A DNA stretch of 64,000 bases. It comes from Clostridiaceae bacterium (lineage in GTDB: Bacteria > Bacillota > Clostridia > Peptostreptococcales > Tindalliaceae). Location of the stretch: positions 58,953 to 122,952 of the forward strand of contig JAABSW010000001.1 of assembly GCA_011390155.1 (NCBI GenBank), read 5' to 3'. Position 1 is the stretch's first letter; each line of letters begins with the position of its first letter. Shown piece after piece: positions 36,425 to 45,792 of the stretch. The position numbers were made by a program, and so were the translations under genes. The notes below the pieces were generated by a model. It made no database searches, was not told the DNA's origin, and saw nothing but the letters and a program-made list of their open reading frames with translations.

Positions 36425-37714
36425 ATGAAACTGGAAATCGGTAATATATTCATTAAAGACGTGCAATTGGGACAGGAAACCATGATCAATGAGGGGTTAC
36501 TCACCATAAACCCTGAACTACTGGCAGCCAAAATACTGGAAGATGAGCGCATCAAAAGTGCCAGGGTGGAATTGGCAAAACCTGGTGAATCCGTTAGAAT
36601 TACACCTGTTAAGGACGTTATGGAGCCCCGGGTAAAGGTTTTCGGCAAGGGAACAGTTTTTCCTGGCGTTGCCGCCAATAAGGTAGAACAGGTGGGAGAA
36701 GGCCGCACCCATGTACTGAAGGGTACGGCTGTTATGACAGTGGGAAAAATCGTTGGTTTTCAGGAAGGTATTGTGGACATGTCCGGCATAGGGGCAGAAT
36801 ATACGCCTTTTTCAAAAACACTTAACATCTGTCTTGTGTTGGAACCTATGGAGGGTGTGGAGACCCATGCCTATGAAACCGCAGCAAGAGAAGCCGGTCT
36901 GAAAGTGACCCAAATCATTGGCGAAGTGGGACGAAACATGACTCCTGATGAAGTGATTTCCTATGAGCATCACCCCATTCCCCATTTGGCAGCAGCGTAT
37001 CCTCATTTGCCAAAAATCGGTTATGTATGTATGCTCCAGTCCCAGGGACTTCTCCATGACACCTATGTGTATGGTGTGGACGCCAAAAAAATCATACCTA
37101 CGTTGATGTCACCCACAGAATTCATGGATGGCGCCGTGGTCAGTGGCAACTGTGTGGCGTCCTGCGATAAGATTCCCACCTACCTGCATCAGAATGACCC
37201 GCTCATTGAAGATTTATACAGCAAGCATGGAAAAGAGCTTAATTTCATGGGCGTGATCATCACCAATGAAAATGTGTTTATGGCAGACAAGGAACGGAGT
37301 TCTGACGGTGTTGCCAAGCTGGCGAAAATGATGGGCTTGGATGGAGTGATTATCTCCGAGGAAGGTTACGGAAACCCTGACACAGATTTGATGATGAACT
37401 GCAGGAAGGTGGAAGCCCAGGGAATTAAAACGGTGCTGGTAACTGATGAGTTCCCTGGCAAAGACGGAAAATCAGAGTCTTTGACAGATGCAGTGAAAGA
37501 AGCGGATGCTGTTGTTTCCTGCGGACAGGGAAATTTGGTCATCACCATGCCACCCATGGAACGGCTTATAGGGACTTTGGAAGACATCGAAACCATGATT
37601 GGCGGGTATGAAGGTAGTCTGAAAAAAGATGGAAGTATTGAAGCAGAAATACAAATCATCATTTCAGCCACTTCCGCCATTGGCGGCAATAAACTGGCTG
37701 CCAGAATGTATTAA
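36425..37714 (+). CDS. grdE: Glycine/sarcosine/betaine reductase component B proprotein (GrdE-type alpha/beta)
   Basis: 429 aa. MKLEIGNIFIKDVQ... is a typical N-terminus. An Asn-Cys pair at residues 242-243 (VVSGNCVASCDK) lies at the position of the pyruvoyl-generating cleavage site. Confidence 0.8.
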   Translation: MKLEIGNIFIKDVQLGQETMINEGLLTINPELLAAKILEDERIKSARVELAKPGESVRITPVKDVMEPRVKVFGKGTVFPGVAANKVEQVGEGRTHVLKGTAVMTVGKIVGFQEGIVDMSGIGAEYTPFSKTLNICLVLEPMEGVETHAYETAAREAGLKVTQIIGEVGRNMTPDEVISYEHHPIPHLAAAYPHLPKIGYVCMLQSQGLLHDTYVYGVDAKKIIPTLMSPTEFMDGAVVSGNCVASCDKIPTYLHQNDPLIEDLYSKHGKELNFMGVIITNENVFMADKERSSDGVAKLAKMMGLDGVIISEEGYGNPDTDLMMNCRKVEAQGIKTVLVTDEFPGKDGKSESLTDAVKEADAVVSCGQGNLVITMPPMERLIGTLEDIETMIGGYEGSLKKDGSIEAEIQIIISATSAIGGNKLAARMY

Positions 37715-37734
37715 AAGGGGAGGAGGCAGATCTG

Positions 37735-39057
37735 ATGAAGAAACTAAAAGTGGTTCACTACATTAATAATTTTTTTGCAGGTATTGGCGGGGAGGAAAAA
37801 GCAGGTATTTCACCCGAAGAAAGAGATGGAGCGGTGGGCCCAGGAATGGCACTGGCTCAAGCCTTGGGTGAAGAGGCTGAAATTATTGCCACTGTTGTTT
37901 GTGGAGATTCATACTTCGGAGAAAACCTGGCATCAGCTGAGAAGGATATTGTAGCCATAATCCGAAAACATCAGCCAGACTTGGTGTTTACAGGTCCTGC
38001 TTTTAATGCCGGGCGGTATGGTGTTGCCTGTGGAGCGGTGGCAAAAGCAGTGGAAGAGCAACTGGGAATCCCCGCAGTCACTGGTATGCATGAAGAAAAC
38101 CCCGGAGTGGACATGTATCGAAAAGACCTTTATATCATTAAGACAGGTCATTCAGCTGCAGGCATGAAAAAGACCGTTACATCCATGGCTTCCCTTGGAT
38201 TGAAAAGGGCCCAGAATCAGTTGGTCGGACCTCCAGAAGAGGAAGGTTACCATGTTCGCGGTATGCGTATAAACTACTGGGCAGAAAAACGAGCCTCCCT
38301 AAGAGCTGTTGAGATGATTTTGAAGAAGGTAAAAGGAGAAGCATATCAAACAGAATACCCCATGCCTGATTTTGGGCGAGTAGAACCTATGCCCCCTGTG
38401 TTGGATTTTTCAAAAGCAAAAGTGGCGATCGTTACATCAGGGGGAATAGTGCCCACAGGCAACCCTGACAGAATCGAATCTTCCAGTGCTACAAAGTATG
38501 GGATCTATGATATCAGTGGATTGGATTCTATGCCGGCAGATGATTACACATCCATTCACGGTGGATATGATAGAACTTATGCCCTGGAAGATATCAACCG
38601 CGTTGTGCCATTGGATGTTATGAGAGACCTTGAACGGGAAGGCATCATTGGAAAACTGGCAGATTATTTTATTTCCACCACCGGTACAGGCACTTCTGTT
38701 GGCAGTGCCAGGGCATTTGCTGTCGATTTCTCCAATAAATTGTTAGAGGATGGCGTAAATGCTGTCATTCTTACCTCCACCTGAGGTACCTGTACACGTT
38801 GCGGTGCAACGATGGTAAAAGAGATTGAACGGGCAGGGATTCCGGTGGTACACATTGCCACGGTGGTGCCCATCGCTTTAACAGTAGGAGCTAACAGGAT
38901 TGTACCGGCCATTGGCATACCGTATCCCCTGGGAGATCCTTCCCTGGGAGATGAAGGAGAAAAAAATATTCGTAGAGATTTGGTGGAACGGGCACTGAAA
39001 GCACTGGGCACTCCCATCAAGGGCCAAACTGTCTTCGATGATGCATATGAATTTTAA
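37735..39057 (+). CDS. grdB: Selenoprotein B of glycine/sarcosine/betaine reductase; TGA 38782-38784 read as Sec (residue 350)
   Basis: Track ORFs 37735..38784 and 38812..39057 are in frame. The junction reads AVILTST-U-GTCTRCGATMVKEIERAG, the hallmark UxxCxxC motif. Hairpin CGTTGC-GGT-GCAACG at 38797-38811 is a SECIS candidate. Confidence 0.9.
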
Positions 39058-39058
39058 C

Positions 39059-39088
39059 CAAAAACGATGACTTCGGGTCATCGTTTTT
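39059..39088 (+). terminator. Rho-independent terminator after grdB
   Basis: AAAACGATGAC-TTCGG-GTCATCGTTTT, followed by T. Confidence 0.8.
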
Positions 39089-39244
39089 GGTTTGGTGGCA
39101 GTCATCAGACAAAGAGAATGTGAGGATCATTTGCTTTTAAGGATGCTCCTGCGTTAAGCCAGGATGTGCCGGGTATAAAATAGTTGGAAGAAGTACTGCG
39201 TCAGCTTTTGAGGATAAGCAGTGACTGATAAGAGGTGACATGTC

Positions 39245-40873
39245 ATGAGAGAGACTAGAAAAGCGCCATTGAGCTTGTACAAAAAAATTCTGATGCCCAG
39301 GTCACAGATCCTGCTGCTTTCTTTTTTAGGGCAACTGGCTGTGATTGTGGGTGTTATTCTTAGATTCGATGAATACTTTGCATTTTTTTATGGGGCCAGC
39401 CTGTTGTTGAGCCTGGTGGCTTTTTTATGGGTGATGAATAGCCGGATTAACCCTGCCTATAAAATAGCCTGGATCATCCCCATCATGCTTTTTCCAGTCT
39501 TTGGAGGTTTATTTTACCTGTTCTTAGGTAGAAGCAAAGTAACAGGAAAATCCGCCAGAAAGATGAAACGCTATGAAAACAAAATCAACCATGCCATAGC
39601 GAAAGAACGGCAATCCAGCAGGGAAGAATGCCTGCCTGCTTTAGAAAAAACAAATGGAGAAGCTGCAATTCAGGCAAAATACATAGCTGATTTTGCAGGC
39701 TACCCGTTGTATCCAGATGAGTTTAGTGAATACTTGCCCATTGGTGAACAAAAATTTGAAAGGCTTCAGTCGGAACTTAAAAAAGCGGAACATTTTATTT
39801 TTATGGAATACTTTATTATTGAAGAGGGAGTTATGTGGAACCGAATTTTGCAGATACTGATAGATAAGGTGGCCCAGGGTGTTGACGTGCGATTAATCTA
39901 TGACGATGCCGGTTGTTTATTTACCCTGCCCCAAGGGTACCATCGAACCCTTGAAGCCATGGGTATAAAATGTTGTGTCTTTAATCCACTGACACCTATC
40001 TTTTCTTTGCGCCAAAACAACCGGGATCACCGTAAAATAACAGTCATTGATGGCTACATTGGGTTCACGGGAGGTATCAACTTGGCAGATGAGTACATCA
40101 ATGAAATTGTAAAATTTGGTCATTGGAAAGATGCGGCCATTATTCTGAAAGGTGCCGCTGTGTGGAATTTGACAGCAATGTTTTTGTCCGTATGGGGATA
40201 CTTGAGGGATGTTGAAGAAGACTTCCAGCATTTTAGACCTGCTAAAAAAATCATTGGAAGGGCAAGTCAAATACAGGGTGCCAGGTGGAGTGAAAATGAA
40301 ATGGTGTATGGACCCAGTGTGACAACGGGTTTTGTGCAACCTTTTGCCGATAGTCCGCTGGATAACGAGCCTGTTAGTGAAACAGTGTATCTGAATATGA
40401 TTTACAAAGCTAAGAAATCAGTGTACATCACCACACCCTACCTGATCATTGCGAATGAGATGGTCACGGCACTTTGTGCGGCAGCCAAAGGTGGCGTGGA
40501 TGTGCGCATTATTACTCCCCATAAATGGGATAAACGTATTGTCCATGCTGTGACACGGACCTACTACAAAATCCTGGTGGAGAGTGGGGTTAAAATATAT
40601 GAGTATACACCAGGTTTTATGCACGCCAAAAGCTTTGTGGTTGACGATTTATTTGGAGTGGTGGGGACCATTAATATGGATTACCGCAGCTTATATTTGA
40701 ATTTTGAATGTGGCGTCTGGATGTTTTACACACCCAGTGTGCTGGAGGTAAAACAGGATTTTATAGATACCCTTGAAGTTTGTCAACAGATTACAGAAGA
40801 AGATTTCAAAGGAATACGGTGGTATAATGCCTTGATCAGCTCGATTTTGAGAATATTTGCACCCATTTTATAA
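39245..40873 (+). CDS. cls: Cardiolipin synthase (PLD superfamily)
   Basis: Two HKD motifs (HRKITVIDG, HAKSFVVDD) and N-terminal TM helices. Confidence 0.85.
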   Translation: MRETRKAPLSLYKKILMPRSQILLLSFLGQLAVIVGVILRFDEYFAFFYGASLLLSLVAFLWVMNSRINPAYKIAWIIPIMLFPVFGGLFYLFLGRSKVTGKSARKMKRYENKINHAIAKERQSSREECLPALEKTNGEAAIQAKYIADFAGYPLYPDEFSEYLPIGEQKFERLQSELKKAEHFIFMEYFIIEEGVMWNRILQILIDKVAQGVDVRLIYDDAGCLFTLPQGYHRTLEAMGIKCCVFNPLTPIFSLRQNNRDHRKITVIDGYIGFTGGINLADEYINEIVKFGHWKDAAIILKGAAVWNLTAMFLSVWGYLRDVEEDFQHFRPAKKIIGRASQIQGARWSENEMVYGPSVTTGFVQPFADSPLDNEPVSETVYLNMIYKAKKSVYITTPYLIIANEMVTALCAAAKGGVDVRIITPHKWDKRIVHAVTRTYYKILVESGVKIYEYTPGFMHAKSFVVDDLFGVVGTINMDYRSLYLNFECGVWMFYTPSVLEVKQDFIDTLEVCQQITEEDFKGIRWYNALISSILRIFAPIL

Positions 40874-40874
40874 A

Positions 40875-40910
40875 GAAACACTACCCTTTTTTAAAAAGGG
40901 GTAGTGTTTC
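40875..40910. terminator. Bidirectional terminator between convergent cls and the stalk-domain gene
   Basis: GAAACACTACCC...GGGTAGTGTTTC with an internal T6/A5 tract. Confidence 0.75.
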
Positions 40911-40942
40911 TTACATGCGAACAAAATAAACAAAACTCATCT

Positions 40943-42112
40943 CTAAGGCAATGGCTGGTTTATGACCACATGACCGGCCAAGGTTTCGACAATATTGCCC
41001 TCAACTAAAATTTGAACCTGGTTAATGCCGGGAAGCTGCACCAATGTTTTAACAATGGTATTTACCAGCACGCTTTCCCCTTGGGCCCCTACGTTAGCTT
41101 CAGTCAGCTCACTGGAAAAATTCACATAGACAAGGTCATTTTCCTGAGTGACATTTAACAATTTCGCATTACTGGGGATAATCCTTTTAAGGGAAGAGGA
41201 TTCCGGACCAGCCAGCAGCACTGCCATCACATTTTCAGCAGTAACGTCTTCGGTGCGAAAAACTCTTTCTTCACCTTCGGTTAAAAAGTCTGTTTCAGTT
41301 GTCTTTAGAAAATACAGAGTAATGGACTGAACACCCCGCTGTCGTTGGTTTATTTCTCCATCAATGGAAGTGAGATCATCCACTGCCAGGCGAACAACAT
41401 CATAGGGGTAGGTAAGTGCCATAGTCACAATTTCTTCGGGACCGGGAGTTGTTAAAACAGCTTTGACAAATGCCTGGTTATCACTTATGCGGTTAATCTG
41501 GGTAATCTCCACAGAATAACCACCTGTAGGTTGTTGGCCGGCAGAGGCAAGCACATAGCTGGTATCATCATAAGTCATTATATGGAACCCTTTAGTTTCC
41601 TGATTTGAATTGGCCCAGTCCGCAATGGATTGTGGTAAATTTTCTTTATTTACCTGTTCAAATGGCAGAGCAGTTTCATCAGGATCAAAATCACTTGTTT
41701 CCACATAGACCATACGGTTTACTCCATCCCATTTAACCTGTGCACCAAGGTTTTCTGACAAAAAACCTACTGGTACCAATGTGCGGTTGTTGATAATTAT
41801 TGGTGGTACATCCATCTGGACTGGCTGTCCGTTGACTTGAGCGATTCTGTCGTTAATTGCCAACGTGATGGTGCCTGCTTCGTGACCAATGTCAACGGTT
41901 CGGGTTTGGGAATTCCAGTCTACTTCGGCACCCAGTTCACGCATCAAATGAGAGACAGGTACCAGCAGGCGTCCATTTTGCACAGTAGGAGATGTGTCTG
42001 TGACCAGGGGGATACCATTGATTTCGATGCCTATGTCTGTGTCAGCATAAACAATGGGTGACATGAGCAACATAATAACAAGCATTAATACTAGTTTTTT
42101 CAAAATTCTCAC
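40943..42112 (-). CDS. Secreted protein: copper-amine-oxidase-N-like stalk domain, PrcB-like domain and GerMN domain
   Basis: Signal peptide. NGRLLVPVSHLMRELGAEVDWN and NNRTLVPVGFLSENLGAQVKWD (stalk repeats). QQPTGGYSVEITQI (PrcB-like). C-terminal LLAGPESSSLKRIIPSNAKLLNV...VYVNFS (GerMN-like). Confidence 0.7.
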   Translation of the reverse strand: MRILKKLVLMLVIMLLMSPIVYADTDIGIEINGIPLVTDTSPTVQNGRLLVPVSHLMRELGAEVDWNSQTRTVDIGHEAGTITLAINDRIAQVNGQPVQMDVPPIIINNRTLVPVGFLSENLGAQVKWDGVNRMVYVETSDFDPDETALPFEQVNKENLPQSIADWANSNQETKGFHIMTYDDTSYVLASAGQQPTGGYSVEITQINRISDNQAFVKAVLTTPGPEEIVTMALTYPYDVVRLAVDDLTSIDGEINQRQRGVQSITLYFLKTTETDFLTEGEERVFRTEDVTAENVMAVLLAGPESSSLKRIIPSNAKLLNVTQENDLVYVNFSSELTEANVGAQGESVLVNTIVKTLVQLPGINQVQILVEGNIVETLAGHVVINQPLP

Positions 42113-42396
42113 TCCTTTTAGAATTAATTTCAGAAAGAATATTTGCGGAAACTGCCTTAACTGGCTTCGTACCAGTTACCAATTAAGACGTTGTGAGGAA
42201 GCGTAGGTTTCAATGAACCCTCCTTGCCTCATTATATGTGTTCATGGAAAATATTTCCACCGTTTATGTTATTTCCTTTTTTGGTATTTCCTGTTTAAGT
42301 TAGTTCCATTTCTTTGTCACTGCTTTTTTGTCACTGCTTTTGTTGAAAAAATGAAAAACAATGGTATCATAAAGCGTATAATAAAAAGGAGGTGGT

Positions 42397-42741
42397 GTGA
42401 TAGTGAAAAAGTATGCATATTTTGCCTTCAACGGGAATGCCATGTGTTTCATGCACGTATTGTTAAATGCCCTTGACATGAAAGAGAAGGGTTATGAATC
42501 ACTGATCATTTTTGAGGGAGAAGCAGTAAAACTGATTCAGGAAATGGAAGAAAACAACAATTCATTGTTTGCCAAAGCAAAAGAACAGGGACTTCTTTAT
42601 GCGGTGTGCAAAGCCTGTTCAGCTAAAATGGGAGTGCTGGAATACAATGAAACGTGTGGCATACCCTTCGCTGGGGAAATGAGTGGACATCCTGCAATGG
42701 AAGCTTATATAAAGAAAGGTTTTGAAATTGTAACACTCTAA
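42397..42741 (+). CDS. Small DsrE/YchN-fold-like protein (tentative)
   Basis: 114 aa beginning KKYAYFAFNGNAMCFMHVLLNAL..., with AVCKACSAKMG. RBS AAAGGAGGTGG precedes the GTG start. Confidence 0.4.
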   Translation: MIVKKYAYFAFNGNAMCFMHVLLNALDMKEKGYESLIIFEGEAVKLIQEMEENNNSLFAKAKEQGLLYAVCKACSAKMGVLEYNETCGIPFAGEMSGHPAMEAYIKKGFEIVTL

Positions 42742-42777
42742 TGAGGAAAGATTTAAATTTAAGAAAAATCATATGAT

Positions 42778-42810
42778 TCACCCTGCTAATAATGAGTAGG
42801 GTGATTTTTT
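42778..42810 (+). terminator. Rho-independent terminator after the DsrE-like gene
   Basis: TCACCCTGCT / AGTAGGGTGA stem followed by TTTTTT. Confidence 0.75.
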
Positions 42811-42823
42811 ATTGATTTTGTTA

Positions 42824-42851
42824 TTGACATATGTTCATAAAGTTGTATAAT
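42824..42851 (+). promoter_or_regulatory. Sigma-70-type promoter for the DUF5320 operon
   Basis: TTGACA (42824-42829), 16-nt spacer, TATAAT (42846-42851). ACATATGT palindromes overlap the -35 element and lie at 42865-42872. Confidence 0.6.
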
Positions 42852-42910
42852 GTAATTGTAAAGGACATATGTCAATAAAGCGTGAAAAATATGTTAAGGA
42901 GGTTTTAATA

Positions 42911-43267
42911 ATGCCAGGAAGAGATGGAACAGGACCTGTGGGGAATGGACCCATGACAGGATGGGGTAAAGGTTATTGCATGACGACAAGACCAGCGGGC
43001 CTTGGACGAGGTATTAGAAGAGGGTTGGGACGAGGTGCGGGCAGAGGACTGGGTTTTGGTCCAGGCGTCGGAATGGGGGCATGGTACGGTTGTGGAAGAG
43101 GAATCGGTAGGTTTTGGTGGAACGCAGACGTAGACGCTGATCCAGTTGAATTGGCGAGACAAGCAAAAGAGGAAGACAAAGAATATCTTGAGGAAGAAAG
43201 GTCGTTACTTCAAAAACGACTTGACATGATTAACGCACAGTTAGACAATGAAACAAAAGAAGAATAA
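42911..43267 (+). CDS. DUF5320-family protein (Gly/Arg-rich N-terminus, coiled-coil C-terminus)
   Basis: [23 protein letters not shown]..., then RG/GLG repeats, then [28 protein letters not shown] precedes the ATG at 42911. Confidence 0.7.
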   Translation: MPGRDGTGPVGNGPMTGWGKGYCMTTRPAGLGRGIRRGLGRGAGRGLGFGPGVGMGAWYGCGRGIGRFWWNADVDADPVELARQAKEEDKEYLEEERSLLQKRLDMINAQLDNETKEE

Positions 43268-43281
43268 GAGGTGAGTTGATT

Positions 43282-43656
43282 ATGCCAAGACCCAGAAAGT
43301 GGCGCAGAGTTTGTGAAGTACCCGATACAAATCTTTATGGCCCACTACATGGCGCCAAGAGGGAACGCCAGATCATCCTCATGAGCGTGGAGGAATATGA
43401 AGCTGTGCGTCTGATTGACATGGAAGGAATGACCCAGGAGGAATGCGCCGAGCAGATGGGCGTTGCTCGGACAACGGTACAGCGGATTTATACTGACGCA
43501 AGAAAGAAACTGGCGATATCACTTGTGCAGGGAGATCTTCTAAAAATTGAAGGTGGAGACTATAAAATTTGTGAAGGAGAAAGTCAGCACACTGGTTGTA
43601 ACGGGTGCAGACGCAACCGATTTAGGGGTGCTCACGAAGAAGGGCCTGTGGTGTAA
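43282..43656 (+). CDS. DUF134/UPF0251 predicted DNA-binding protein with a Cys-containing tail
   Basis: [11 protein letters not shown]..., with HTH-like [21 protein letters not shown]. The C-terminus contains [13 protein letters not shown]. Confidence 0.75.
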   Translation: MPRPRKWRRVCEVPDTNLYGPLHGAKRERQIILMSVEEYEAVRLIDMEGMTQEECAEQMGVARTTVQRIYTDARKKLAISLVQGDLLKIEGGDYKICEGESQHTGCNGCRRNRFRGAHEEGPVV

Positions 43657-43682
43657 TCAACTCCTACTATACGGGAGGAATT

Positions 43683-44054
43683 ATGATGAAAATAGCCATT
43701 CCGGCAGATGATCGGTCTATGGATACGGTTGTCTGTCCTTCTTTTGGAAGATCTCCTTACTACCTGATTTATGATAGTAAGGTTAACGAACCGATTTTTA
43801 TTGAAAATAAAGCTGCTGGAAGTCAGGGAGGTGCAGGGATTCAGGCCGCTCAGATTTTGGTTGATCAGAAAGTGCAGGCAGTGCTGACGCCAAGGTGCGG
43901 TAAAAATGCAGCAGATGTATTGAAGGCTGCAGGCATCAAACTCTATAAGTCGCGGAAGGTTTCCCTGAAAGAAAACCTTGAGGCGTGTATTGCGGGCCAA
44001 TTGGAATTATTGGAAGACATTCATCCTGGATATCATAAACATGGAGGAAGGTAG
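43683..44054 (+). CDS. NifX/NifB-C-terminal-like (dinitrogenase FeMo-cofactor-binding fold) small protein
   Basis: MKIAIPADD...CPSFGRSPYYLIYD...VQAVLTPRCGKNAADVLKAAGIKLY. Confidence 0.75.
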   Translation: MMKIAIPADDRSMDTVVCPSFGRSPYYLIYDSKVNEPIFIENKAAGSQGGAGIQAAQILVDQKVQAVLTPRCGKNAADVLKAAGIKLYKSRKVSLKENLEACIAGQLELLEDIHPGYHKHGGR

Positions 44055-44055
44055 C

Positions 44056-44916
44056 ATGAAAGTAGCCGTACTCAGTGGCAAGGGTGGCTCCGGTAAAACC
44101 CTGGCTTCGGTTAACCTGGCTGCTGCAGCCGGTAAAGCCACTTATGTTGATTGTGATGTTGAAGAACCTAACGGCCATCTGTTCTTTAAACCGGTGGTAC
44201 AGGATGTGCAAAATGTGACGGTGAAAATACCGCAAATTCAACACAGTCTGTGTGACGGTTGCAGAAAATGTGTGGAATTTTGCAAATTTAATGCCTTGGC
44301 ATATATTGGAGAAAAAGTCATGGTTTTTGATGAGGTCTGCCATGCCTGCGGCGGTTGTACTTTGGTTTGTCCACAGAATGCCATCATCGAAATAGAAAGA
44401 AACATAGGACAGATTCAGGATGGCGTGGCGGGAGATGTACGGGTGTTAACTGGGATCCTTAACCCGGGAGAAGCAGCGGGTGTACCTGTAATTAGAAAGC
44501 TTTTAAAAATTTACGACGACTCGCCGGTTACCTTCATTGATTGCCCGCCAGGAAGTGCTTGCAGCGTCATGGAGAGCATACAGGATGCAGATTACTGTCT
44601 GCTGGTAGCAGAGCCTACCATTTTCGGACTGCATAATGTGAAGATGGTGCATCAATTGGTCACACTGTTCGGAAAACCTCATGGAATGATTCTCAATAAA
44701 TGCCTGGAAGGTGAAAATCCTTCAGAAATATACGCAAACAATGAGCAAATACCCGTTTTGGGTAAAATCCCTTTCGATCCTCGTTTGGGAGACATAAACG
44801 CAAGGGGAAAAATTGCCGTATATGAAGATCATGAAATGAATCAATTATTCACGGATATTTTGAGCCGTGTGCAGGAGGTGGTAATGGATGAAGCAGCTTT
44901 TAATCCTCAGCGGTAA
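44056..44916 (+). CDS. MinD/ParA-type P-loop ATPase with an inserted 2x[4Fe-4S] ferredoxin domain (copy 1)
   Basis: Deviant Walker A SGKGGSGKT, with CDGCRKCVEFC and CHACGGCTLVCP. Start is 1 nt after the upstream stop. Confidence 0.8.
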   Translation: MKVAVLSGKGGSGKTLASVNLAAAAGKATYVDCDVEEPNGHLFFKPVVQDVQNVTVKIPQIQHSLCDGCRKCVEFCKFNALAYIGEKVMVFDEVCHACGGCTLVCPQNAIIEIERNIGQIQDGVAGDVRVLTGILNPGEAAGVPVIRKLLKIYDDSPVTFIDCPPGSACSVMESIQDADYCLLVAEPTIFGLHNVKMVHQLVTLFGKPHGMILNKCLEGENPSEIYANNEQIPVLGKIPFDPRLGDINARGKIAVYEDHEMNQLFTDILSRVQEVVMDEAAFNPQR

Positions 44917-45760
44917 AGGCGGCACAGGCAAAACCACCGTTGCCACTGCATTGATTCATCTCTTTGACGCGAAAGTCTATGCAGACTGTGACGTGGACGC
45001 ACCAAACCTGCACCTGATGATGCATCATAAAATCCTCAGCGATCAACGGGAATTTATGGGACTGGATAAGGCGGAAATAGCACCAATACTGTGTAATGCC
45101 TGTGGTGCTTGCCAGACGCATTGTCGATTTGATGCCATTTATCAAAACCATATAACCAAAAAGTATGAGGTGAATCCTTTTGCCTGCGAAGGATGTGGTG
45201 TATGCCACTATATTTGTCCTGTTGATGCCGTTACCTTGGTGGATTCTCAGGTGGGAACACTGTTTCTTTATAATGGAAAATCGGTGTTTTCAACAGCCCA
45301 GCTGAAAATGGGCAGCGGAAATTCAGGGCTATTGGTCACTGAAGTCAAGAAGCGAATGAAGAATGCAGCCAAACCGGATGAAACCGTTGCCATTATCGAC
45401 GGATCACCAGGCATTGGCTGTCCGGTCATCGCATCCATATCAGGTGTTGACCTGGTCTTAATCGTTACGGAGCCATCTCTCTCAGGGATCAGTGATTTAA
45501 AGAGAATCATTACAACGGCGGCAGGCCTGGAAGCTAAACTGGCTGTTTGTGTAAACCAGTGGGATGTCAGCCTTGAAAACACAGCAGACATCGAAACTTA
45601 TTGTCGTGACCGGGGAATTCCCTTCGTCGGTAAAATTCCCTACGACCCTGCAGTGGTTGGGGCTGTTAACCGTGGGAAAAGTATTGTGGAAGTGGAATGC
45701 ATGGCTGGAGACGCAGTCATGGACATTCATCAGAACATCAATCAATTACTGTTTGGATAA
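44888..45760 (+). CDS. MinD/ParA-type P-loop ATPase with an inserted 2x[4Fe-4S] ferredoxin domain (copy 2)
   Basis: SGKGGTGKT, with CNACGACQTHC and CEGCGVCHYICP. Overlaps copy 1 by 29 nt. Confidence 0.8.
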   Translation: MKQLLILSGKGGTGKTTVATALIHLFDAKVYADCDVDAPNLHLMMHHKILSDQREFMGLDKAEIAPILCNACGACQTHCRFDAIYQNHITKKYEVNPFACEGCGVCHYICPVDAVTLVDSQVGTLFLYNGKSVFSTAQLKMGSGNSGLLVTEVKKRMKNAAKPDETVAIIDGSPGIGCPVIASISGVDLVLIVTEPSLSGISDLKRIITTAAGLEAKLAVCVNQWDVSLENTADIETYCRDRGIPFVGKIPYDPAVVGAVNRGKSIVEVECMAGDAVMDIHQNINQLLFG

Positions 45761-45792
45761 ACAACATTGAACATAATGGAGGCATCATAAAT

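Noticed and set aside
42213-42476. 87-aa plus-strand ORF (MNPPCLIICVHGKYFHRLCYFLFWYF...)
   Set aside because: It is Phe/Cys-rich translation of a T-rich promoter region, has no RBS, and overlaps the better-supported DsrE-like gene start.
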